A stretch of 64,000 nt of DNA from Hormiphora californensis (GCA_020137815.1 CM035357.1:7626001-7690000), one strand, 5' to 3'; positions 32,641-46,017 are shown, counted from the stretch's first letter. Notes: generated from the letters alone by a model not told the origin. Translations and numbers: made by a program.

Positions 32641-34748
32641 CTTGGCAGCTACCGCCCGATCAGTAATCTACCATTTGTGTCAAAGATCATTGAGAAATGT
32701 GTATCTTTACAGTTGACCGAGCATTTAGAGAGCCATCAGTTGCTATCGGGAGTTCAATCTGCTTACCGCAAACACCATAGTTGTGAGACTGCAACACTAA
32801 AAGTTGTTAACGATCTTCTGCTACTGCTTGATAAGAAGTCAAAGGCTGTGCTACTACTGCTGGACCTATCTGCAGCATTTGACACAGTTCAACACAGCAA
32901 ACTACTAAAGAAGATGCGGACGGACTACGGAATAGAAGATACTGCTCTCGCCTGGTTCAAATCATATCTCACAGGTCGGTCCACCTCGGTACAAATTGGA
33001 GATGCACGATCAAGATCGATAGAGGTGGATATTGGTGTGCCGCAGGGTAGCATCCTAGGGCCTATTCTCTTCATTATGTATACCAAAGAGCTCCAGTCGA
33101 TTGCGGAAAAGCATGGTCTTAACATTCACCTCTTCGCTGACGACACCCAGATCTATACTAGTTTTAGGCCGGAAACCTTTGACTTTGTTGTGGATAAATT
33201 ACAAAATTGTATCAGTGACATCAAGCAATGGATGAAGCAAAACTACCTCAAGCTAAATGCCAGTAAAACGGAAATTCTGATACTCAACCACAAAGCCGAC
33301 CGCACTCCTGGGCCAACTGGATTAGTGATTGAAAAAGACGAAAGTCCAATTGTACAGTCTACGGAAATCGAATCAACGACAAGTGCCCGTAATCTCGGTA
33401 TTTGGCTCGATCCCACCCTCTCAATGGCAAGCCATATCTCGAAAATTGTCCAAGCATGTAATATGCAACTTCTGAATCTGTGGAGGATAGCTAGAAAACT
33501 TCCCAGGCAACTGAAAATCAAGCTAGTGCATTCGTTAATACACTCTCGCCTAGACTATGGAAATGCCCTACTCTATGGTGCCACAGAATCTGATTTAAAC
33601 CGCCTCCAAAAGGTCCAAAACAGTGCTGTACGGTTCGTCTATGGAACAAGAAAGAGGAGAGGAGTGACCCAGATGCGGAAAGACCTACACTTCCTTCCGA
33701 TCAAAAGCAGAATCATCTTCAAAATCTGCTTACTAACATACAAATCCATCAATGGAATGGCTCCCCCCTACATCTCCAACCTCATCCCCCTCCGGAAGCC
33801 AAAGGTCAAGGTAGTCAGGGCAGACGAGGATAGCACACTCCTCCACAAACCATACACACACAAGTACACATCCACTAGTAGAGCCTTTAGTATTAGTGCA
33901 CCTAAATTGTGGAATGAGTTGCCGAAAACCCTGCGAGAAAGTGAATCTGTCGATGTGTTTAAACAGCAACTTAAAACTTACCTCTTTAAGAAAGCTTATT
34001 GCTAAGTGTCTCTCATTATCGGTGATATTTTACACAGTGATCACTACCAGGGTCAGTGAACATCTGAATTTTAATTATTAACTGTTTTTTTTACTATCAC
34101 TAATATTTTTATCACTCTTGTACACTGTTATCCATGTAAACTGTTCTCCCTGTAAACTGTTTACTTCTGTATGCTGTTTCTATGCATGACTCATGTATTG
34201 ATTCTGTATACTGTTTCTGTAACAATGTGCACGTATTTTTTATTATATATACAGACTATATATTTTATATGATACATTAAATCGTACTTACCTCAGTTCT
34301 ATACCAACACCCACATCTCAACTACCCATACATGTCCATCACTCACCAACACATTCACTTACTCACCTATACTTAATAATAGTCTATAACAATTAACTTA
34401 TCTCTCTTAATATGAATAGTATTATATTATGTCTTTATTACTTATTCAATTAATAAATATGATTGCACTCTTTTTAATCGAATTCTATCAATCAAATTAA
34501 TTTATTTACTTAATTTATAAATAATCATCATAGCATATTCTCTTACTAATACATAGTATTTTGATGTTATCTTGACTGAGCGTTAAAAATATGTTATTGG
34601 CTCTCCTTTACCACTGGCCCTTTCTTGGACCGCTTTAGAAAGTGGTAAATGGTGTAGCATCGATCTGATTGAATCAGTAGCAAGCCATTTATTTTAAACA
34701 CTATTAAGCGGTATATTAAATGTCATGAATTATTATTATTATTATTAT
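32641..34748 (+). mobile_element. 5'-truncated L2-clade LINE with an intact RT C-terminal ORF (32677-34005), AT-rich 3' UTR and (ATT)n tail
   Basis: Motifs QSAYRKHHSCETA, LLDLSAAFDTV, GVPQGSILGPILF, FADDTQIY, LKLNASKTE and FKQQLKTYLF. The 3' end is ccgcttt...aagcgg followed by (att)n. Confidence 0.93.
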
Positions 34749-34911
34749 TTAATAATAATTACAGTCTTATCTTTTCCGACACGATTCAGGACCCTTGAAC
34801 ATTGAGTTACGGGAAATCGTGATATAGTAAAGTGAAGTTCAAACGATTCTCTAACTTCCCCATTATGAAGTTAGTTTTTTGATTTAGAGCCGTCTTCAGG
34901 GTCTTAGAAGC

Positions 34912-35196
34912 CAGGGGCGAAGCAAGGCTGGGTCCATTGGGTCCAGGACCCACTTTTTGGACGAGAGAGGAGAAGAAAATGGGAAAACTTGCTAAAAAGT
35001 GAAAAAATCAACAAAAAGAAACAAAAAAAAGTGAAAAAATGAGCCGATTTTCAATTGAAAAAACCAATGCGCGCAAGAAAAAGCTTATGCGGCAGCGCTA
35101 TTGACCAATAGGGTCCAGACCCACCTCGCGTGTTACATTTTCTGCAGCGCTGGACCCAAAAATTTTTTCGTGAATGAACGCCGCGCACCGCCCCTG
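34912..35196. mobile_element. hAT-type MITE
   Basis: TIR caggggcg/cgcccctg with an 8-bp TSD ttagaagc. The empty site is present at ~30924 in copy A. Confidence 0.9.
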
Positions 35197-35653
35197 TTAG
35201 AAGCGTTTAAAAAAATTTAGTCTGTCACCCCGTGATGTCACTGCTGATAAGGATCGGATCCGCCTTGGTCCAAAGTACCAGTGTACTAATTTTCAGGGGT
35301 CTAGCTCAAAAACTGTGGGTGGAGTTTGAAAAAAAACATTTTGGGACACACTAACATTTGGGAAATTATTATATGGATTAATATCACCGTTTTTATTAAT
35401 CATCTCACCAGTTAACCAAGTATAATTACTTTTCTATAATTTATTAATTCATATTTATTTTCATATCATTATCTAATATCGACTATCGACGTTACTTATT
35501 AGATCCTATAATAATAGGAGCCTTTTTATAGTTAATACTGGGAGGACGCTGTTCCGATCAGCTGATTAGTGTTAGCATTTATTTAGCCCCAAAGCGGAAT
35601 ATAAACGTTAATTGTATTTGTATTTGTACTCACGACTTTATTAGGCAAAAGCT

Positions 35654-37216
35654 ATGTCGGAGGCCACAGTGCGTGGTGTGCTGGTGGTGAACATTAAAGG
35701 AGCCATTGACATTCCCGATACTGATGGACTGTTTGCTGGAGCTACCGATGCATATGTGAAGGTCAAACTGGATGGAGCTAAGATCGCTAAGACATTCGTT
35801 GTTCAAGACAGGTAAGAGTGCTATAGTAGGCAAAACCTAAATTAGGATGTCGCGACCCCTAAATTACATCCGATTCGCTTCAAACTTCACAGTTGTGTTT
35901 ATTTTATCAAGTGGCATGCCCAAAAAAGTCTGCAGAAAATTGGATAATTTTTAGAATTTCATGGGGCGTTTGTCACACCCTAAGCTACATGCATGATAGG
36001 ATAAGAATTAGCATAACAGGACGAATATTACATCTCGTTTCGAATAGATCAAGCTCCTGGTAATACTGTCGAACACTTTCGCCACCATCTCTTCACAGAT
36101 CAAAGATACATATCACGTAATTTTGTTATATTTTCCAGTTTGAATCCCGTTTGGAACCAGAGATTCTACACCCTTATCAACCATATTGGGTCCTCCCTGA
36201 CTTTTGAAGTGATCGATGATGACTTAGGGAAAAATGACGCCGTAGGGACACATGAGGTATTGAATTTTATTTCGTGTTTGATACAATTTCTATCGATTGT
36301 TATAAGTTGCGATGAAATTCGGTTGCAAGAAGTGCTCCCCATTGAAACGTTCTATACTGACATTCATTTCAGATAAACTTTAGAGAGTTTGTTGAGAACG
36401 GAGAGGCGTTCTCTGGGGAGTTACCTCTTACTCTTGATGGGGATGATCGGGGTTCACTTGATATAGAGATGCACTACCAGCCATTTAACAGGGATAGCAG
36501 AGTGGAACAGACACCATCGGTAAATATTGATTTGAATCAGAGAGGATGGTTATCACAGTCTCATTTCATGATACCCGAGTCTCGAGCTAGTCTTAGGAAT
36601 TAACTTGTCTTCCGCGGCAGTCTGTACACACTTGTTAATAATAGGGTACTGTCTAGTTCATACAGTCCCATAATACATAACAGGGTACGAACGGTTCACA
36701 GTCATCCTGCATAACCCCAATGTTACATATCCTATATTATTTTATGATACATGCATTATTCAACTTCCTCTAGCTAGCCTACCTAGCTGTTAGCATGGGC
36801 CGGAATATAGTCATAATATTTAGACAAGGCCAATATTGGGTCTCTGAGGAGTTTCTGTTTACATTCTTCTTTCACACCTCGTATACCTCGTAAACCCGGT
36901 GAGACAGGGTCGAGGAAGACAAGTATACCATTGTCTGGTGTGTGTCAGACCATTCAATTCATTTCCCTCTGAGTGAGAAATAAACAATACACAAGACTAT
37001 CTAACCCACACTTAATTTGTCTAAACCTGGGGTGCAGATAGAGGGTCGAGCAAGACAAACCCACAGCACCTAACATTTTCACTGTTTTAGATTCCTGGGT
37101 GTTATTTCAAGGTGAGAGAGGGGTGCAAGGTGACATTATATCAGGATGCAGAACACACAACCCAACCTGGTCATGAGAACTTTTGCAATGGTGAGGTGTC
37201 TCTCTTTTTTCTACCT

Positions 37217-37258
<42 letters not shown>

Positions 37259-40200
37259 GACTCTCTCTCTATCTTCCTTCCATAGTTGCATAGCATGCAT
37301 TCATTAGGATATTAAACATACGTTGAGTTTTCCGGCCTGCTGGCTGAATATCGAGGGAGAGAGAGAGAGTGAGAGATAGAGACAGAGAGAGCGAGTGTCA
37401 CTGAGGGACACACTCTCACTCTGATCAAACACTTAACTTATTATTTACCCTTACTCATCATTAATCAAATATATGTTGCCTCACTTTTCAACCCCCCCCC
37501 CCCCTTCCCCGCAGCTCTGGGAGATCCCTATGAACCCAGTGGATGCTGGAGGAGAGTTCACGAGGCCCTGGTCACTGCTACCAAGTTCATATTCATTACA
37601 GGTAAATATAGCTGGGGAGAACAACATACAAACGGTAAAGGGGGGTTGGATAGGTTTGTTTTGTTCCAACCTCGGGCCCGGAGAGAGAGGGTTGAACAAG
37701 GCAAGGATAAGCTGGAGTGTAGATCTTTTGTTTTCTTTAGAGGTGCCCGGTCTTTGGTGTAATATCATACCCTAGAGTGTAGCTACACTTTGTATACTTG
37801 CATATTGTACAGTACACACTGCATTGTGTTGATATGTGGTGTGGTGTTCTGCCTAAAAACATACTTGTATAGGAATATGTGACTCACTGAAGTAAATTGC
37901 TCATATATTATGTGAGCAATTTACCTCAGCTTTACCTAGTGGAAATATATCATACTCTACATAACAGTTTTTTCTCTTCAATTAAATAAAGATTGATGAT
38001 TGAAGTAATACTATGCCAGGAACATTATCAATTATATGGTCGAATAAAAGGAACACGTTATTTAGGGAATCGAGAAATCATCGATTGAGTAGAGAAAAGA
38101 AGGAAGAAGAATTGACAGAGTTATGTTTTTTAGTAGTCACATGACATGAGGGAGGGTGTGGGAAGGAATGAAAAGAATGCCGGGGAATAACAATGATATC
38201 ACAGAGAAGGAAGATACTTCTTTGAAATTGTATTGGCAAGAACTCGATAACATCTTTCTTTTGTCCATTGTGTACTGTGGGTTGGAAAGAAATGGTTATT
38301 ATTGTTGCATTTCAAATAACTGGCTACCTCTGCAGGGTGGTCTGTGTTCACTGAAATAACTCTGGTAAGGGGTGATGATGTGGAGGATACCCGAACCTTG
38401 GGAGAGATTCTCAAAGACAAAGCTGCGGAAGGTGTATCAGTCAATATCATGGTATGGATACTGATATGCCCATATATGGAGATTTGATATAACCATATAT
38501 GGGGATAATGTCATTTCATTGGAATTGAGTTACCGCATGGCCCCATTCTGAGAGTGTATAAAAAGTGTCAGATAGGAATTCGAGTAGAGTGGATCAAGTT
38601 TCACGAGCGCGGCCGACACGCGCCCTCATTCTATGAGAGTTCACTATCGTCATTGCTTGTTTTTCGCGCGCACGAGGTCCAGAGTCCATCCCGGCCCCTA
38701 TAATTGCGCTGACAAGCGCCTGCTTTGTTCTTTTACCACTCAACACCACACTTCCTTTTGTAGATCTGGGATGAATATGATGACTTGATCCCATCTCTGG
38801 TTGGTACACATGATACAGCGACTGCAGAGTATTTTGAGGAGAGTGAGGTGATAGTTAAAAGGTGCAAGAGGGGTGCAACTAAGGAGGGGGTAGCGGGGGA
38901 TTCATTTGCCAGACTCTGTTATACCCACCATCAAAAGAGCATCATTGTTGATGCCCCTGCTGTGAGTGAGGAGGACGAGAGGTGAGATACATAGAACTTT
39001 TTTAGTAGAGCTTTTAGAACAGACGACTATCTGTTTTTGTATTGGTTGGTTACCCGCCCTGTTATTGGTCAGTACAGTCGGACCCCGATTTACCGGGATG
39101 CTCGGGGGAAAGGGTTTTGCCCGGTAAATCGGGGTGCCCGGTATATCGGGGTCAAATACCGTTAATTTCCTATGTCGGGGGAAGTTTATCCCCCCGGTAA
39201 ATCGGGGTACCGGTAAATCGGGGTCCGACTGTACTACATTTTCCTTTCAACATCCAGGTTGAGGATTATTGCATTTGTGGGTGGTTTGGACCTGACCAAT
39301 GGCCGATATGACACCCCCGAACACCCTATCTTCTCGACACTGTGCGATAAACACGTTGCTGACTTCTATCAGAATTGTGCTGCTGTTAGACCGGAATGTG
39401 GTCCTAGGGAACCCTGGCACGATATCCACTGGTAAGAGGGGGGTAGTAGTCTGGTGGGTGTTTCTCTATCTCGGTCTCTCTAAACCCCACCTCTCCCCCA
39501 GTCTAGTTGAGGGTGTTTCTCTCTCTAAACCCCACCTCTCCCCAGTCTAGTTGAGGGTGTTGTTTCTCTCTCTCTAACTCCACCTCTCCCCCAGTCTAGT
39601 TGAGGGTGTAGTTGCTCACGATGTACTGAGGAACTTCCAGGAGAGATGGAGCAAGGAGGACGATGGGGGACAGGATCTACCTTCTTTTGATGACGAGGAA
39701 TTTAACTTGGGTGAGTCTTGGGGAGTTCCAGTCAAACTCAGGGATAAGAATTAAGAGCTAGTTGAAAACAATGCCTTTTATCTTGTCTCAAAAAGACTGT
39801 CCCTCTTTAAACCTAAAAGCTGGCCGCGTGATGTTACAATAAAGTAGCTTGACTGCTATTTCCCTTGGTGACATATAGACACCTGGCGCGACCCCCGCTC
39901 AATCTTGGTCGCGCTAGGTGTCTATGTCACCAACTATTTCCCTTATAATAACAGAAGGTGACGTGTATGAGGGAGATGATAGCTGGAACGTCCAATTTCT
40001 CCGCTCCATCACCAATCACAGCTGCAACTTTACCCTCGTGGATAGGATGCATAAACTGAAGTGTGAGAGAAAAGAGAAGATAGAGGATAGTATTCACACT
40101 GGGTATATTCATCAAGTTAGAAGGAGTCAGAACTTCTTGTACATCGAGAACCAGTACTTTCTGGGTGAGTAGCTGAGTTATCTCTGGATATTGGTTAAAT

Positions 40201-42047
40201 TTGATAGTTGACTGAACGTTTTTTGAATCTCAGAGTCTATGTATAGATCTACTTAGTACTTGACCACCATTTGATTGGAGTGGCGACCACTTTGAGATAA
40301 AAACCAGTACTATCGTCATGACTCTCCTGACTCCTCTCTCTCTCTCTCTCTCTTGACAGGTTCTGCACACGTGTGGGAGGACGACAGTAAACCAATGAAG
40401 GCAGTTAACTTGGTTGCCATTGAGTTGGTAAAGAATATTGTAGAAGCTATCAGGGAGGGAGCCCACCACTCCATCTACGTTATTATACCCATGTACCCAG
40501 AGGGGGATCCTGCATCCATGGCGGTAAGTGAATACAGGACACATTATATTTCACTATAAGAACTGAATTAAGGGTTGTCAGTGAGGATTCGAGAGGAACA
40601 GGGTTACTAGTTAGATAAGTAGTGAGTTGTAGTGAATGCTCCTTCATCAGGTACAAGAGATCCTGCACTGGCAGACCTGTACAATGAGGATGATGTACAA
40701 ACTAATAGCTCGAGAGATAGAGGAGGCATGTTTAGAGGACACCCATCCAACAGACTTCCTGTCCTTCTACTGCATTGGTAAGAACAGACCATTGGGGTTC
40801 TGTACATGAGAGTCGATAGAATTCCAAATCAAGCCAATATTCAGATTCTAATGACTACTAAATCACTGAATAGTTTATCTTTAGCGACTCGAGGTGACGA
40901 GTTCCCTGAAGATCTCGCTGAGCCTGAATCAGATGTAGAGATATTGCTGAGGGAAAAAGCTCGATTCCCTATCTACGTGCACTCAAAGGTAATATTATAA
41001 TAGCTCAACATTTTAACTGTCCAGTTACGCGACTACAGGAAGTCGTATCTGAGATACACCAGACGGCCTCAGCTCTCACCTCACTCTACCAGCTCCTTCG
41101 TTTCTCAGATGATGATATGTGATGACGAGTATATAATAGTGGGCAGTGCTAACATCAACCAGAGGAGTATGTCCGGGAGAAGGGATACTGAGATGGCAGT
41201 GGGCTGCTACCAACCTAACTTCCTATGGACCGAGGAGGATGGTCTACCTAAAGGAGATGTAAGGGCGATGTGGGTTTAGTTATCAGGGTAGTATGTCCTA
41301 CTCTTACACACAGCTTGTTTTGTTCCACGAGCCTCTCAGAACGATAGAACAGTTCTTTGTGGAGAACTGGGGTGGTATAGTAACTACAAGACCCTACAAG
41401 ATAACTCCATAATATTACCCCCCTCTTGGTAGGTTGGTGCCTTTAGGAAGTCCCTCTGGTTGGAACACATGGGAGAATGGTGTGAGGAATATGATAATCC
41501 TGGGTCTATCGAGTGCATGCGAAAGGTAAGAAGTTGTGGGAACTGAGTGTGAACAGTGAAGATAGATACATTATACAACCTCACGCCAGGCAATGAACTG
41601 TTAATGCCGCAACAGCTATATAGCAGTTTCGGGTGCATGTCCTATCTCCCTTGTGTTCTAATAAACATGTCCCGTATCAGGTGAACGAGGTAGCACGTGC
41701 AAACTGGGAGAAGTTTGTGGCTGAAGAGATGGAGGAACCAATGTGTGGACACCTGGTATCCTACCCTGTCACAGTGGAACAGGATGGAACGGTAATTACT
41801 TATAGTTCTAGTCGGTCATTATAGGGGTTCCGACCCGATCTTAGAATGGAAACGGGGTCTGGCGGCCCCAGACTGAGATGGGCTCTAGTTTAGTTGGGAA
41901 CTGGTGGATCTAGTTTAATCGGGGACTAATTTTAAACCAACTATCCTGCAGGTGGGACCGTTGGAAGGTTTCGAGAATTTCCCTGACACTGAGGCGCCAG
42001 TACTGGGTGGGAAATCGGCCATGTTGGTCGAAAAACTGACAACATAA
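35654..42047 (+). CDS. PLD: Phospholipase D with an N-terminal C2 domain (plant PLD alpha/beta-type architecture), ~17 exons
   Basis: C2 domain DAYVKVKL...NPVWNQ. Then [25 protein letters not shown]1 [55 protein letters not shown]2 [26 protein letters not shown], and C-terminal FPDT.APVLG...KLTT*. Confidence 0.92.
39075..39231. mobile_element. Tc1/mariner-type MITE (CAGTCGGACCCCGATTT family) in a PLD intron
   Basis: ta|cagtcggaccccgatttaccgg ... ccggtaaatcggggtccgactg|ta. Confidence 0.88.
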
Positions 42048-42540
42048 CTTTTGAACAATTGAAATAACGGGTTACTTTATTTTTTGAGAGAATATTGTGT
42101 GTAGAAGCAGAGTTTTATTTTGAGTCATCATGGATTGTGTAAACTTGTGTGAATTTGAATTGAGTGAAAGTTTTAAAATGATATCCTTTTTCTTTTCCAA
42201 CCCGATCACGGCTCATTGGTTCACCGCATTCTGCCATTCTAGGATTTCCATGATTCCCGCCCCTGTCGGTCCGAAACATATAAAGGCGTTTATTTATCCA
42301 TTTCAACAAATACAAATATAGTACAGAAATGGTGAGCCAGCGCCTTTGTTTTCAAACTACAATATAGAAACCAGACGTGTTGAGTAGCCAACATATACTA
42401 TGACATGAGCCACACCTTTCTCTCTGGTCAAAAAAGTTTCTTACTCTTGGGCTGGAAATCCCCAAAACAGATTCATATTACCCACACACACGCACACAAT
42501 GCCAGTGTCTCTTTCTCTCTGTCAGTGTCTCTCTCCCTCT

Positions 42541-44917
42541 CTAGATAGTGATCACGCGGCTGAGTTTCTGGATCCTGTTAAGAAGGATATCTCCCTGTTT
42601 GATCACCGACTGGTACTGAGCATTCTTCTTGTCGGGCTTGTTGGCCTGAACAATTCCCCCAACTTTGTCAATCTTGGCGTTAAGAGCACCGGTAGCGATA
42701 AATCGAGACAGTTCCCTGGGGAGAGAGTGAATGTTAGAAAAAGCAAATCTAGAACGTGATTTGTTTAAAATATCGTTAAAACCAAATCTGAAAGTAAAGC
42801 GTTGCTCATCTACTCACTTGTCAATGAATTTCTCAGACACCCCAAAGCTGTTGGCCATGTAGTTCACAGTCAAGTTACTGTAACTCTCTAGAAGCTGGGA
42901 GTAAGATCTCACTCTCATCTCACGAACATAGTACGAGGCGTGCTTGGCCAACATTCGGTCCTTCTTCAGGAACTGCTCAATCTCGGCTGTGGGGAGAATA
43001 TTGGAGTTTTATTGAGATAAGTGAGGGTAAAAGGAAAATTCGTTGACAGTTAGATCATCACATCGTCTTACCTAGGGCCACAAAGAATTCAGCATATTGT
43101 GCGTTGTAGAGAGAGTCAATATACTTTCTGAACAGAGGCAGGTCGTGGAGAACTTCATTAATATCAGATCCGTTAACAACCTGACGAGATACAATTAATT
43201 TAGGAAACAGGTTCTCAAGTCTGCACAAAGATTCAGTTCTGAGTACGTGCGCGTTCTGCTGACAATGATTGCTCTTCCCACAATTTCCCTACCGCGCGTA
43301 CCTTTTTAGTGAGCTCCTGACGATCAAGAGTCAACATCGCTGAGACGATGGTGTACTTGATGAAGGTGTGATAAGTCATCAATTCGTAGGAGGTGAATGT
43401 AGAAACTGTGTCCAGGAAGTTTGTAGCGGCATCCTTGAAATTCCGAATTGACATGGCATAGAAACCGGTGTAAACTTTGAGCCTGTTTCTTCTGTCCCAG
43501 TCTCCACCTAGTTCAATCAACCTGAGAGGGAAATATACTGTCATTTCATTGTTTGATAGGGAAACTGCAGTTCAGGTGTTTCATACTCACTCTTTGGCCT
43601 TATCCAAGTTGACTGTTATCAGCTTGTTATCAGAGCAGAACAATCCCAATCGAATCATATGGAAATGAAGATCAAGTTTGTGTCCAGTTGTAGTAGTCCT
43701 ATCAAGAGTCTCCTTCAACATCTTCAGAGAGGCTTCTTTATCACCAATACTGGTCAGGTACTCACACTTCTTTACCATTGCTTCCCGTACCTCACTCTCT
43801 CCCTCGTTCTTCTCGGCATTAGCAATCTCCTCTGTGGGAGAGGGGGATGTAAGCGTGGCATGATATATGTGTGTACAGAAGGGGAGTATAGTGGTATTGT
43901 ATTGAGAGAGAAAATGATAGAAACTAAAAATTGTATTTCTCAAACATACCAGCGATCTTGTCCAGTTGTTCTTTGTTTTTCTGCTCCATTTCCTCCAACA
44001 CAGAATTGTTAAGGGTCCTGGGGTTTTGAAGCTCTAGTACCCCGGGAAGTGTGTTTTTGGCATCAAAACTACCAGAAGGAATTTTTTGCTGATTCTGAGA
44101 CTTTGCTAAAATGTTTTTTGGGTATTTTCTATGTCAATCCTAGAGTTTCATGGAGATTGGATGTGTTTTTCGGACTCAAAATTTCGTAAAAAGTGGCTGG
44201 AAAGACTCAATTTTTGCCGTTTTTGAGCCGTTTTCGAGCTTTTCCAGCCACTTTTATCGAAATTTTGAGTCCGAAAAACACATCCAATCTCCATGAAACT
44301 CTAGGATTGACATAGAAAATACCCAAAAAACATTTTAGCAAAGTCTCAGCATCAGCAAACAATTCCTTCTGGTATTTTTGATGCCAAAAACACATTTCCC
44401 GGGGTGCTAGAGCTTCAAAACCCCCAGGAACCTTGAATGAGGGTATAGAATAGTCCAAGTATGAAGTTTCATGACCTAATCTTGTCAACTTTTTTCTGGG
44501 TGAAGCCCAACGCTTGTAAAGATCCAAAATGAACACCCTGTATTTCTCAAACATACCAGCAATCTTGTCCAGTTGTTCTTTGTTTTTCTGCTCCATTTCC
44601 TCCAACACAGAGTTGTTAAGGGGCATCTTTAGTTCCGCACTAACTTCCTTGTACAGTTTGGCCATATATCCAGTCTTGATCTTGTCCATTAGATTTCGTT
44701 TTACCTAAGAGATCTCAGTCAGTGGTGGAACCAGGACAATAAATGAGAGGAAACTTTTGAAACAAAAACTACAAAACATTGTATTCACCTCAGCCTGGTC
44801 AATTCCCAGTTCCTTCGCCTCGGTGGGGGACAGACTAATCTCAAATCGCATCTGAGCGATGGACAGGTCTGGGATCTTTTCCAGACTTGCCTCTTCAAGA
44901 CCTTCGAGAGTTGGCAT
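42541..44917 (-). CDS. PSMD6: 26S proteasome lid subunit Rpn7
   Basis: Motifs [44 protein letters not shown] and the C-terminal [19 protein letters not shown]. Confidence 0.95.
44016..44540. mobile_element. Fold-back, mariner-like insertion in PSMD6, ~190-bp inverted arms
   Basis: 44016-44205 is the reverse complement of 44239-44429. The right end reads ...gaacaccctg|ta. Confidence 0.7.
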
Positions 44918-45114
44918 GTTGTCTTGCTACTATAAAGTAGTGAATGGTTAGTTTGAACAAGTTTTAATAAAACGAGATTGTATATACGATGTACGGTGTA
45001 CATTTCCAAAAGGCACGAATACAAAACTCTACAATAATTTAATAGTGTGCAATGTGAGATTCTCTTTCTCCCTCTCTCTCTCAAAGTCTCAAAGTTATAT
45101 TCTCCCAGTTCCTT

Positions 45115-46017
45115 TCACTCCATCCAGAAGTATTCCTTCTTCGGTTCAAGTGGGTCGTATGTGTGTGGGTTGTGGTCAGGGAACATCTCCCTTCTGTTAA
45201 CGTACAACATTCCTTCCTTTTGGTCGGGGAACAAATCGACCAGGACACCATTAGCAAGACGTTCTTCAGCAACTTGGATGTGCAGTGCAGCATTGCTGTG
45301 GAATATAATAGGGTGTTAGATTAGATGAAACATCGACAAAATGAGACAGACAAAAACTTTTAGGTGTCTTGTCATTGAAACTGAAATTTGTTTTTAAAAT
45401 GTCGTGTACAAGTTAAAACTTACGCATCAAATTTACGGTTAGGGAAAAACAGGACATAGAACCACATTGCTATACTGCCCATGAACATTGCTTGGAAATA
45501 TCTTTCAAACTCTCCAGAACCCCCCTGTCGCTCCCAAAAGTGTTCTTTGTGGGGTACTGCTCCGTCTTGGAAACCTGGAGACATTTTGAGAACTTTCAAC
45601 GTTCAATTTCTAGTACATTAGAGCATCTATACTTGCATGTAACAATGCTCGCTGAAATCCATTCATTTGTTAATTTCAGCTACTGATTTGTGTCAAATAT
45701 AGTTTTTCATCTGTCTAGTTAACTAACCGTCGGGCCTATCCCATAGATATAGATCGTAGTTTTCCATATCACCTCCTGCAACAGTGGCCGTCGTCTTTAG
45801 GGACCGGGCCTGGGGAGTGGGATGTTAGATAGTCAACAAGAAATCTCTAGTTCTCTAAACCTACCTAAAAACCTTAGAAGTTGCTGTAAAATTGTTTAGT
45901 ACTAAACCTCCCCGTTATTTCCTACACGGTACCTGTTATAGTACACCTGTAGTACAGTACCTGTAGAGTTGGAGTACGAAGCAGGGTCCTACCAAGACAC
46001 CTAGCAAGGTGAGACAT
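45115..46017 (-). CDS. 156-aa mitochondrial single-pass membrane protein, probably a respiratory-chain accessory subunit; 4 exons
   Basis: Exons 46017-45961, 45809-45728, 45574-45424 and 45295-45115 have GT-AG boundaries and join in frame: MSHLARCLGRTLLRTPTLQARSLKTTATVAGG...FQAMFMGSIAMWFYVLFFPN...AEERLANG...EYFWME*. Confidence 0.75.

Larger units (their letters stand above)
32059..35465. repeat. Duplicated segment, copy B, interrupted by a LINE and a hAT MITE
   Basis: Collinear with copy A once 32610-34747 and 34912-35204 are removed. Confidence 0.8.

Noticed and set aside
35654-42047. PLD as plant or algal contamination
   Set aside because: Its introns carry the same MITE family as the spectrin gene, and it is contiguous with metazoan genes.
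44207-44555. Extension of the 160-aa PSMD6 ORF
   Set aside because: This is read-through past the exon-2 donor into the inserted element.
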